The position numbers and the translations under genes were made by a program. From positions 64,001 to 128,000 of IMG/VR virus record IMGVR_UViG_3300021426_000004: a stretch of DNA of 64,000 nt; one strand, 5' to 3'. Of this stretch, positions 50,235-58,455 are shown piece after piece. A model generated the notes under the pieces. The model worked only from the letters and a program-made list of their open reading frames with translations, did no database searches and was not told where the DNA came from. This DNA comes from a virus (taxonomy: Duplodnaviria > Caudoviricetes). Numbering within the stretch: position 1 is the first letter of the stretch; each line of letters starts with the position of its first letter.

Positions 50235-50465
50235 GAGCGGTGGCGGAATAGACAGCTATCACTCCTGCGGAGAGTAGATAAGGACGTGGCTCTTATTTAA
50301 GTACACCTGATAACAGGGGCGCAGGTCACGGCTGGTAAAACAGGTTTTTTCGGATTTGTACCTGTAATAGTAGACGCTGGAACGGCAAGATTGAGTCATT
50401 ATTATCCGGGGTTGTTTTAACAACCAAAAGACTGATCATGTAAGGTGCAAATCCTTACCCGCTTA
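50235..50465 (+). ncRNA. tRNA-like RNA with D-loop insertion (family copy C)
   Basis: GAGCGG/CCGCTT acceptor; GCGGAATAG...[insert]...AGTAGACGC; GTAAGG-TGCAAAT-CCTTAC. Confidence 0.65.
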
Positions 50466-50651
50466 TAAAAATTTTTAAATAATATTTTTGAAACCGCACA
50501 GCATACTATGGGAGACGGCACGGCGTAGAGTGTTTGTCAGCACTGAAACCGGGCATAAACGGATCGACCCATGCTTCAGGCGATCTTTCGGGGTTGTAAA
50601 GTCATGATCGGGTTGACATCCTGAATGGCTTAGTTTGACGAAGATCAACGC

Positions 50652-50804
50652 GAGTGGTGGCGGAATAGACATCGGATAAGGATGCATACGATTCCGATGG
50701 TAAAGCTGGTTCAGCAAGAGTAGACGCTTATAACGTAAGATTCCGACTTCTTGATTTCAAGAAACGTTAAGGAATCATACGAGGTGCAAATCCTCGTCCA
50801 CTCA
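50652..50804 (+). ncRNA. tRNA-like RNA with D-loop insertion (family copy D)
   Basis: GAGTGG/CCACTC acceptor; GCGGAATAG...AGTAGACGC; ACGAGG-TGCAAAT-CCTCGT. Confidence 0.65.
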
Positions 50805-50845
50805 TCTTCAAACTAAATTTCAAGAGAGGGAAAAGATGTCGCAAT

Positions 50846-51049
50846 ATGGGACTGAATAAATACGGACCAGGACGTTGGGAAGATGTCTCCAGCTGGCCAC
50901 TGCCAAAGCTGGTAACGGAAATTCTTAATATCGAAAAAGAAAAAGAAAAAGAATATAAAGCATATATGCGTCGTTGTATGTTTCTTGATGAGCAATATGA
51001 AATAATTGAAAAGGAACTTTCAAGAAGAAAGATTTATATGGATGAATAA
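50846..51049 (+). CDS. Hypothetical protein
   Basis: 67-aa ORF between RNA genes. Confidence 0.5.
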   Translation: MGLNKYGPGRWEDVSSWPLPKLVTEILNIEKEKEKEYKAYMRRCMFLDEQYEIIEKELSRRKIYMDE

Positions 51050-51122
51050 GGGGAATTAGCTCATTCAGCAGAGCACTGCCTTTGCACGGCAGAGGTGACG
51101 GGAGCAAAGCCTGTATTCTTCA
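51050..51122 (+). tRNA. tRNA-Ala(TGC), degenerate
   Basis: CTGCC-TTTGCAC-GGCAG anticodon arm, G3:U70 pair, non-canonical T-loop AGCAAAG. Confidence 0.6.
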
Positions 51123-51546
51123 ATTGTCCATTAGGACAGCTTTGTATAATCAGCACAAAGTAAAATAAGCTGATTGGCACAGTGAACGTGACTGTTAAAA
51201 ATATGCCTGACCAGCATATGCCGTATTAAAGCGTGCGGTTAACGCAATCAGCCTACGCTGTGGCCGTTGATAACGGGGCTCTTATGTCTTGCAGGTAGGT
51301 ATAAACCGAGTGTCTGGGCCGATGCTACTCATGCCCAGCCGAAACGCACAAAGACTTGCGCCCAGAGTAGGGGTAGGTGAACGGTAACCTGAGAGGCTGC
51401 CGACACGAAGAAGCAAGTTGCCGGATTTACATCCCTGCGGTTTTCCGGCTTTATGTCATTATCTCTAGCCTGCTAATAACGGACAGTGACTTTCAGCCAA
51501 TGCCCCCTGAGCGGGCCGTAGAAGGGGGATTGGCACTTAATGATAA

Positions 51547-51849
51547 ATGAGGTATGTTATGTTTAATATAGGTGATCATGTAAGAATAAAAGAAGATGCT
51601 GATAAGATAGAATCAGGCTTTTGTTACTTTGCTGAAAGTATGAAATCATTCCTTGGACATGAAGATACTATTTGCGGAGAACCTAAGGATGGAGTTTATG
51701 CTCTTAGTAATTGTAAAAGTAGCTATATAAACTATGGACAATATGCTAATTATTACTGGTTCGATGAAAATTGGTTAGAACCAGCAGATAATATTGATTT
51801 CAGCCTCGAAGAAAATGAAATAATTGAAATGATTAAAAAGGAGGTGTAA
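51547..51849 (+). CDS. SH3/KOW-like small protein with shared acidic C-terminal motif
   Basis: MFNIGDHVRIK...WLEPA; ends FSLEENEIIEMIKKEV. Confidence 0.6.
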   Translation: MRYVMFNIGDHVRIKEDADKIESGFCYFAESMKSFLGHEDTICGEPKDGVYALSNCKSSYINYGQYANYYWFDENWLEPADNIDFSLEENEIIEMIKKEV

Positions 51850-51851
51850 AA

Positions 51852-52361
51852 ATGAATAATGTAAAGTATGTAGCATCATGGAGACCAGAATCTGAAAAGT
51901 ATTATACTGCTGATGCGCAGAAAGTTGCAGATGAAATTTTCGCTCTTGGAAAGAATCCTGATACAAAGGAAATTCTCGATATGGCAAGGAACGAAAATAC
52001 TGAAATTCACAAAATTATTGATTGGGATGATAATTCAGCTGCTGAAAAATACAGATTGGAACAAGTACGTCATATTCAGAGAGACTTGCAAATAGTTGAA
52101 ATTGGTCTCAACAAAAAGGAACCAACTAAGAAATTGGAAGTTCCTGTTCGTATGTTTTATCATTTGCATGGCGAAACTGGCTATCGCCCTACTCCTTTGA
52201 TAATTCAAGACGAAGATTTGCATAAGAAATTACTTCGCACAGCAAAGCTTGAATTGGATTCATATTTAAAGAAATATGCAATTTTAACAGAAATGCATCC
52301 TTTGATTGAAGCAATTAATAGTAAGCTCATCGAGCTGAAAATTTTTGATGAAGTAAGTTAA
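51852..52361 (+). CDS. Accessory protein of the RAMP/pentamer-array locus
   Basis: 169 aa with ILDMAR...IHKIIDWDDNSAAEKYRLEQVR motif; ends 6 nt before the array. Confidence 0.7.
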   Translation: MNNVKYVASWRPESEKYYTADAQKVADEIFALGKNPDTKEILDMARNENTEIHKIIDWDDNSAAEKYRLEQVRHIQRDLQIVEIGLNKKEPTKKLEVPVRMFYHLHGETGYRPTPLIIQDEDLHKKLLRTAKLELDSYLKKYAILTEMHPLIEAINSKLIELKIFDEVS

Positions 52362-52367
52362 AATATA

Positions 52368-53048
52368 CCTGTCGGTCTGATTAAGGATGCAATGCATCCT
52401 AAAATAGCAAAGTGCATCATAACTGAACACAAGTTACGATAGGACATAATAGCACAAAACATTGCATCTTTACTCAGGCCGACAGGCTAACAATAGATCA
52501 TAACAGTACAACATAGATTACTATAACTCATTTTAATACACAATTGTGCCAACTCTGCGGTTGGCATAATTGGAGACTTGTTCTCCGTAGATTAGGATAG
52601 GATAGGATAATTTATGAAATCTTTGCATGGAATAGAACATTACAGTATAAAACAAGTCTTCAATTGTGCTAATCGCACAAAGCATAATACAGGATATTCA
52701 AGAATAATACATGACGGCGTAGGACACAATAATACTACCAATCCATTTGTGTGATTGGTACAATAAGTGGCTTATCAGTCCTAAGATAACATATCGTATT
52801 TTAACACATCATAATATAGAACATTATTGAAATAAGCTTCTTATTGTGCCAGTGGCACAAATATACAATTGCATAGCCAATAATTGAATAGAACAGGATA
52901 CATTATTATAAAATACTATAACATTAATTGAGTAATTGGTATACTAAGAAGTCTATGACTTCTTAAGTATAGAACATATCGCTCTATAATAGAATATTTC
53001 TCTATAGCATAAAATAAAACACGAATAGACTTCTTGGTGTGCCAATTG
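52368..53048 (+). ncRNA. Array of about seven (AYA-NN)n pentamer tracts separated by long pairing stems; candidate guide-RNA array
   Basis: 5-nt periodicity (e.g. ata-GC-aaa-GT-gca-TC-ata-AC-tga-AC-aca-AG-tta-CG-ata-GG-aca-TA-ata-GC-aca-AA). Imperfect inverted repeats at 52368-52394/52460-52486, 52557-52582/52651-52676, 52746-52775/52832-52861 and 52933-52956/53025-53048. Confidence 0.8.
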
Positions 53049-53097
53049 CGTAAAGAAAAGATTTAAACAAATAATAAAGATTAATAAGGAGATTATT

Positions 53098-53754
53098 ATG
53101 CCGACTAAAGCTAAAGAAAATGCAAATCTGATTGATATTGAAGCTAAGATTAAAAGGATGCTTGTTACCATTGAAGGTGAAGGCGATCTGATTCTTAATA
53201 AAATGAACGCTCGCAATGAACGTGCACTGACTGCAGATGATCGTAAGAGCATTAAAGAAGTACCTAATTTCTGGGAAGATGTTATTACTGCAATTCATTG
53301 GCGCGATCCTCTTCCTGTAAAAGACACATATACGGAATGCAATGAAGAACTTATGCATAGTCTACTCAAAGATAACGCTCCGTCTTTAAGTGCGTTTGCG
53401 TTGAAAAGAAGTTTCTGTGATGCTGTTGTTCGTAATGAAATTGATAACTATAAAACAAAATTCGAAAATGCAATTAATGTTACATCTGAAAATGGAAGAG
53501 AACTTATTCCTATTAAGTTTGCAGGTTGGGAGGCCGAAAAGAGGCTTATGAGTCCTAAGCGTGGTAAGCCGATTAATGTTGTTCTGAATCATTTCCATAA
53601 CTGGTCTGCAAAATTTATGGTAACTTATCTGGATCATGTTTATAGTCGAGATGAGATTCTGAATATTATTAATCTTGCAGGATTCGGCCTTGGAATTGGC
53701 AGTGGTCGGACAAGCGGTTATGGTCGTTATCATATTACAAATGTTGAAGTGTAA
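53098..53754 (+). CDS. Stand-alone RAMP (Cas7/Csm3-like) protein
   Basis: N-terminal strand VTIEGEGDLILN, LSAFALKRSF (cf. IPxSSLKG), and C-terminal Gly-rich loop GLGIGSGRTSGYGRY. Confidence 0.8.
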   Translation: MPTKAKENANLIDIEAKIKRMLVTIEGEGDLILNKMNARNERALTADDRKSIKEVPNFWEDVITAIHWRDPLPVKDTYTECNEELMHSLLKDNAPSLSAFALKRSFCDAVVRNEIDNYKTKFENAINVTSENGRELIPIKFAGWEAEKRLMSPKRGKPINVVLNHFHNWSAKFMVTYLDHVYSRDEILNIINLAGFGLGIGSGRTSGYGRYHITNVEV

Positions 53755-54044
53755 TATTTTAATTATTGTATGAAAGTGTTTATATCCGGTGCTACAGCGG
53801 TTAATCTGTAGTATTTATCGAGGATGTAGTGTAACGGTAACATAAAGGATTGTCGTTACGAAGAAGCAAAATGCCGGTTTATATATATATATATGTTTTA
53901 CCGGCTTTAAACCGAACGCCAGAGAGAGTCTGCCATCCTCTCTATCTACGGAGAACGTTATCCGGAAGGCGAGAAGACATGCGGCAGGGCAGAATGTAAG
54001 ACGTGTCAGCCAGGTTTACACACAATGCGGTTTACTGGCGTAAC

Positions 54045-54118
54045 GGGGCATTGGTTCAACGGTAAAACGGTTCCCTTGCAAGGAACGGTTAGCAGTTCGA
54101 TTCTGCTATGCTCCACCA
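54045..54118 (+). tRNA. tRNA-Ala(TGC)
   Basis: Cloverleaf, GTTCC-CTTGCAA-GGAAC, G3:U70, encoded CCA. Confidence 0.92.
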
Positions 54119-54214
54119 CAACCGAGGGCGACGTTAGGGCGGTTGTAAAATAAACTCTGAACAAGTCCCTGTCAAAAGCCGGCAAATGTTTGACATACTT
54201 GACGTCGTAGTTAT

Positions 54215-54285
54215 CGAGGATGTGGTGTAACGGTAACACGCGTCGCTTGGGCCGACGAGTAGCAGTTCAACTCTGACATCTTCGA
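54215..54285 (+). tRNA. tRNA-Pro(TGG)
   Basis: CGAGGAT/ATCTTCG acceptor, CGTCG-CTTGGGC-CGACG; T-arm slightly irregular. Confidence 0.75.
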
Positions 54286-54396
54286 CTTTAACCGCCGATG
54301 AGTGTCGTACGTTTTGGCCAGCCTTGCGAAAGCAAGTGGGCGGTATATAAATTGAACTCCTTGTCTGTGTGTAGGTGCGACTGCACATAGCTGTAT

Positions 54397-54480
54397 GCGG
54401 ATATGGCGAAATAGGCAGCACGCTCGGGTCTTAAAAACCCGTGGGTTAATCCCGTGTGGGTTCAAGTCCCACTATCCGCA
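54397..54480 (+). tRNA. tRNA-Leu(TAA)
   Basis: GCGGATA/TATCCGC acceptor, CGGGT-CTTAAAA-ACCCG, long variable arm. Confidence 0.9.
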
Positions 54481-54575
54481 CTGCCTCTGTGCTTTTACCA
54501 GATAGCGCAGAGGACATCGTTTATAATATCCTTTCTTGCTCCCTGACGGCCGGGAGCATAATAGACCGTCATTTT

Positions 54576-54678
54576 GCTTCTGTAACTTAATGGGAAAGTT
54601 TGGAGTGCTCCCTGAGATAGTGGGATACAACCGGAACACATGTCAACGGTAATTCAGGTTCGAGTCCTGGCGGAAGCA
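54576..54678 (+). ncRNA. tRNA-like RNA with expanded anticodon region
   Basis: GCTTCTG/CGGAAGC acceptor, AACT...AGTT D-arm, CAGG-TTCGAGT-CCTG T-arm; no canonical anticodon arm. Confidence 0.55.
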
Positions 54679-54729
54679 CGTTTTCATACATTCAGATTAA
54701 TAATTATTAAAAGAAAAGGAAGTGTCACT

Positions 54730-55071
54730 GTGAAAATTACTGGTTGGACAAATTTTGAAACTAACAAATATGAAGATGTCTTTGGTATTCCTGGAAACCC
54801 CAGACTTACAAAGAAACAGGAAGAAGAAGTAGAAAATATTATCGTCGCTGAAATGAAGAGCAAGGGCTATAAATTCAATGGTATTTATCATCAGCAGGGT
54901 GATTTCGGCTGTCCTGTTATTGATAATAAGTATATATACGCTGTTTCTATGAGAAAATGGGGCAATCTCATGGCAAAGGTATGTGATTTGCCGGATGATG
55001 ATAAACTCGCATACGTGACATGGGCTTGGAGTACACCTGTTGGTATTACGCCTGTTTATCCGGAGGGTTAA
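54730..55071 (+). CDS. Hypothetical protein
   Basis: GTG start after AAGGA; HQQGDFGCPV...SMRKWGNLMA. Confidence 0.6.
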   Translation: MKITGWTNFETNKYEDVFGIPGNPRLTKKQEEEVENIIVAEMKSKGYKFNGIYHQQGDFGCPVIDNKYIYAVSMRKWGNLMAKVCDLPDDDKLAYVTWAWSTPVGITPVYPEG

Positions 55072-55073
55072 AT

Positions 55074-55262
55074 ATGAATTCTATAGAAGAACTGGATAAA
55101 TATTTTGACGTGCATCCTGAAATGAAAAAATATTGGGAAGATATAAAAGATTATATCATACACCAGCAGGATAAAATTAATTCGTTAGATGATGAGTTAT
55201 TTGTGACGAGAAATGTTGGTATCAAACTTACCAGAGAATTGAAAGAACTAAAGAGTAGGTAA
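55074..55262 (+). CDS. Hypothetical protein
   Basis: GGAGG RBS before MNSIEE. Confidence 0.55.
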   Translation: MNSIEELDKYFDVHPEMKKYWEDIKDYIIHQQDKINSLDDELFVTRNVGIKLTRELKELKSR

Positions 55263-55560
55263 TATCAGCTTCGGCTGTTATTATACAAATGGAAGGTAAG
55301 CGAATGGCAGACGTGTCAGAAAGAAAGTTCGGCAATCCGAGAATGCTCAGGCTCCAACGCCTATGCCTGATAAGAGAACACCGAGAGTGTACACAAAAAC
55401 TTAGCATAAAAGAAAACTCGGGCTAATCAAAAGAGCTTTCGCCTTTCTATTTATTATTCCGAGCCTTGCGGGATAAAACAGCTGTTAACTCCGAGGAAGA
55501 CAAGTACGACGGTAATACAGCACACATGAAGTCATGCGATAAAGGTATGGCTTCTCTTAA

Positions 55561-55634
55561 TGGGGATTCATATAACAGTAGTATACGAGACTTTGACTCT
55601 CGGAGCGAAGGGGCGGCACCTTCATCCCCAGCCA
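55561..55634 (+). tRNA. tRNA-Gln(TTG)
   Basis: TGGGGAT/ATCCCCA acceptor, CGAGA-CTTTGAC-TCTCG, encoded CCA; atypical T-loop. Confidence 0.8.
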
Positions 55635-55690
55635 GATTATTAAATCAATGATTATCATATTAAAAAAATAATGAAATGGAGGGATGACAA

Positions 55691-56014
55691 ATGAGTAACT
55701 ATTGTATGTACGAAGCAATAAAAGGAAATGTTCCTGATTGTGACAGGACATGCCAGGGAGACTGCTGTGCTTATTATTACGTAGATCCTATTGCAAAAAT
55801 AATAACCGAATGGAAAGCAGAAGCTGGAGTTACGGCTCCAGTTCTTTGGAAGGTTAATTACTTAAAGAACGAAATCAATATCAGCACTACAAGGCCAGGA
55901 TTTCTTATTGGTGGACACGGAAGACTCATTAATAAATATAAAAGTAAGTTCGATGAAGAGCTGCACGGAAAAATTAAGAACATTGAATTTACAGAATGTG
56001 ACGATTATGCATGA
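55691..56014 (+). CDS. KH-domain protein (ribosomal protein S3-like KH motif)
   Basis: INISTTRPGFLIGGHGRLI resembles the S3 KH signature IxIxTARPGxxIGxxG. Confidence 0.6.
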   Translation: MSNYCMYEAIKGNVPDCDRTCQGDCCAYYYVDPIAKIITEWKAEAGVTAPVLWKVNYLKNEINISTTRPGFLIGGHGRLINKYKSKFDEELHGKIKNIEFTECDDYA

Positions 56015-56327
56015 ATAAGATAGTGAAAGGCCGCGGCAAGCCGCGGCTTATTCGCATAATATTCCTTTTCTTTCCTGCTTTCACGTTCCCAGTATTTTCA
56101 GGATAGAAAAAGGAATTTTATATATACGGGGTGTTGCGTAAAAACTTAATTCAAACCTCGCCAGTTTGAGCCTCATACAATTCAATAGTGAGAATTTAAT
56201 AATGCCTTGTGCCTTGTTAAAGACTCACCTCCTATTCATAAAGAGTTTGGATAGCAACTCTTGAAACTCTCGTGCTATCCGCTAACCATCTTATTTAAAA
56301 AATTTGATTAAGGAGCGTGATTAGAAG

Positions 56328-56936
56328 ATGGTAAAGGTTTATGTGACTACGACTGGTGGACGGAAGAGTGATCTGTTTGACGAAGGCACGACGCTGCGTG
56401 AAGTGTTTGATGCATTTGATATCGACTATTCCGTTGCGACAAACACTATCGACGGTACAAGGATTGATCCTGCCGGGATGGACAAGTCTCTTCGTGACTG
56501 GGGAGTGAAGGATGAGTGCCGTATGTCCTCTATTGTTAAGATCGACAATGCGGCTCATATCGACATTTCCGGTGGTTCTGCTGTCCTGGTATCTGATGTC
56601 TCCAGGGAAGATTGGGAACGTGTTGAGAAGTATGCGCCTGAAATGCTGAAGATGATTGACGATGAAGGTAACGCAGTCTTCAAGGTAAAGATTGGCTGCG
56701 GAGGAGGATCTGTTAATAAGTATGGTGTGTGCTTCGGTTCTCATACGAATGAAGGCGGCAAGGCGACCGTTACTGTGATTCTGGATTATGAAGTTGAAGA
56801 TAAGATTGCCGCTGTGAAGGATGTTATGGGTTCCGCTCTGCTGGATCTGAACGAGATCGAGAAGGAACTGCCGACTGTGCTGAAGGATATTGCTGACAAA
56901 GAAGCGGAGATTAACAAGCTTATTACGCTGAAGTAA
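56328..56936 (+). CDS. Ubiquitin-like (beta-grasp) domain fused to a C-terminal domain
   Basis: First ~75 aa fit a Ubl pattern (VKVYV...TTLREVF...DKSLRDWGV...SIVKIDNA); lies upstream of E2/JAB/E1-like genes. Confidence 0.65.
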   Translation: MVKVYVTTTGGRKSDLFDEGTTLREVFDAFDIDYSVATNTIDGTRIDPAGMDKSLRDWGVKDECRMSSIVKIDNAAHIDISGGSAVLVSDVSREDWERVEKYAPEMLKMIDDEGNAVFKVKIGCGGGSVNKYGVCFGSHTNEGGKATVTVILDYEVEDKIAAVKDVMGSALLDLNEIEKELPTVLKDIADKEAEINKLITLK

Positions 56937-57012
56937 TCTCCAAAACTAAAGACAACAAGGGGCTGGAACGATTATGATCCAGCCCCTTTTTTAACTAAGG
57001 AGATTAAAAAAT

Positions 57013-58455
57013 ATGTTTCGTGATTTACTTAATAATCCCATCGATCCCATCCCGATTGATTATATCAATACGCTGAGCAGACCGACAAAAGAAGTTGATA
57101 TGACGTTAACTCATATCGGTATTGCCATGCTTCGGCCGAGAATTGAAAATTATACTGGCATCACTGGATGCTATCAAACTCTTTCAGAGGAATCAGCTTG
57201 TGTAAACGATTTTCTGACTAATCAGTATCCGAAACTCGATAATGCACCAATGCTGTGTTATTATGTTTACAGGAATAAAAATGCTGATGGCGCTTCTGAA
57301 AAGCTGCTTAAAGAAAGTGGTTTTGAACTTAAGGAAAACATTTCCACGCTTATGGCTACAAAAGGAAATGTGAAATGTATTGCTGCGTATCATCCTGTAA
57401 AGAACTGCGCCGCCTTATTTGTGAATTCTAACGATATTCGTTTCTATCATATGTTAATCTCGTTTGTTTCTCTGCTTTGGCCTAGCCTGTTCAAAGATAA
57501 ACCTTTAACAGAACAGGATTATAACATTGTCAAGGCTCTTGGGAAAACCGACAAGAACACTTTTATCCAGCAAATTCAGACAAGCATCGCACCTTACATT
57601 GTTGAATTCAGGAAGATGATGCTTGCTACACTGCTTAAGAATATTCATCAGACTAAAATCGAAAGCGCAAAGCATGATGTAGCAGGACAGCGTCAGTATG
57701 TTGAAAAGGTAGCAAACGATTATGATGAAGCTATGAAACGGCTGAAAACCCTCATTGTAACTTATGAAGGACTGAAAGCAACTGAATCTTTCGATGAGGT
57801 TGAGGAAGATTTGATTGAATATCTCTCTACCAAGAAAGAGCTGCATAATCTTAGTGTTGTAGGTCAGGAGATTACTTTCAGCGTTGCAACATTACTGAAT
57901 AATTACAATGCAGATGCGTGGAGGATATTCTCTGAACGTGGTTCTATTTATGACGGAGAATATGGTCCGGAAGCGAATCCTTCAAACATTCAGCTTCTTG
58001 ATGTATTCAAAGATAAAACGAATCGCAAGATCTTCCTTGATAATGTGTTCTCTGAATCGCCTGACTTTGCGATTAAGATCGCTGGTAATTACAGGCTTGA
58101 TCTTTATGGATGCAATGTAAGGAGCGAAAGAGGATATAATTATATTGCCGCAGATCCTGTTTATACTTCATATATTCCTAATCCGCATCTTAAGATTTTC
58201 TCGTGTCTTGGCGGTTATGAAACAAGGATTAATCGTGCGCTTCGTGATCGTAATTATGTTGCGGCTGTTGAACTTTGCTGTACCTCTGCAGGTTCTGTAG
58301 ATCTTGATGAAACTGCACAGACATTTCGTCCGTTCCTTGGATGGATTCTGACAAGCCGTGAAAAGATTATGCACAGGCGGGATGGTGTAGATATGACACC
58401 AGAAGAAGCGCTGATTTGGCTGATTGATAAGGAGAAGAAGAATGAAACCAATTAA
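57013..58455 (+). CDS. Coiled-coil protein with C-terminal prokaryotic E2-like domain
   Basis: IPNPHL...SCLGGY resembles the E2 HPH/N...CLG active-site pattern; operon context. Confidence 0.6.
   Translation: MFRDLLNNPIDPIPIDYINTLSRPTKEVDMTLTHIGIAMLRPRIENYTGITGCYQTLSEESACVNDFLTNQYPKLDNAPMLCYYVYRNKNADGASEKLLKESGFELKENISTLMATKGNVKCIAAYHPVKNCAALFVNSNDIRFYHMLISFVSLLWPSLFKDKPLTEQDYNIVKALGKTDKNTFIQQIQTSIAPYIVEFRKMMLATLLKNIHQTKIESAKHDVAGQRQYVEKVANDYDEAMKRLKTLIVTYEGLKATESFDEVEEDLIEYLSTKKELHNLSVVGQEITFSVATLLNNYNADAWRIFSERGSIYDGEYGPEANPSNIQLLDVFKDKTNRKIFLDNVFSESPDFAIKIAGNYRLDLYGCNVRSERGYNYIAADPVYTSYIPNPHLKIFSCLGGYETRINRALRDRNYVAAVELCCTSAGSVDLDETAQTFRPFLGWILTSREKIMHRRDGVDMTPEEALIWLIDKEKKNETN

Noticed and set aside
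52404-53024. Specific targets for the pentamer tracts, from reading NN pairs as codon-like patterns
   Set aside because: Any NN-x string translates to something, and I could not find a convincing match by eye. This needs a computational search with controls.
52368-53048. Canonical CRISPR array next to the Cas7-like gene
   Set aside because: There are no identical direct repeats with unique spacers and no cas1/cas2/cas6. The pattern is 5-nt periodicity between inverted repeats.
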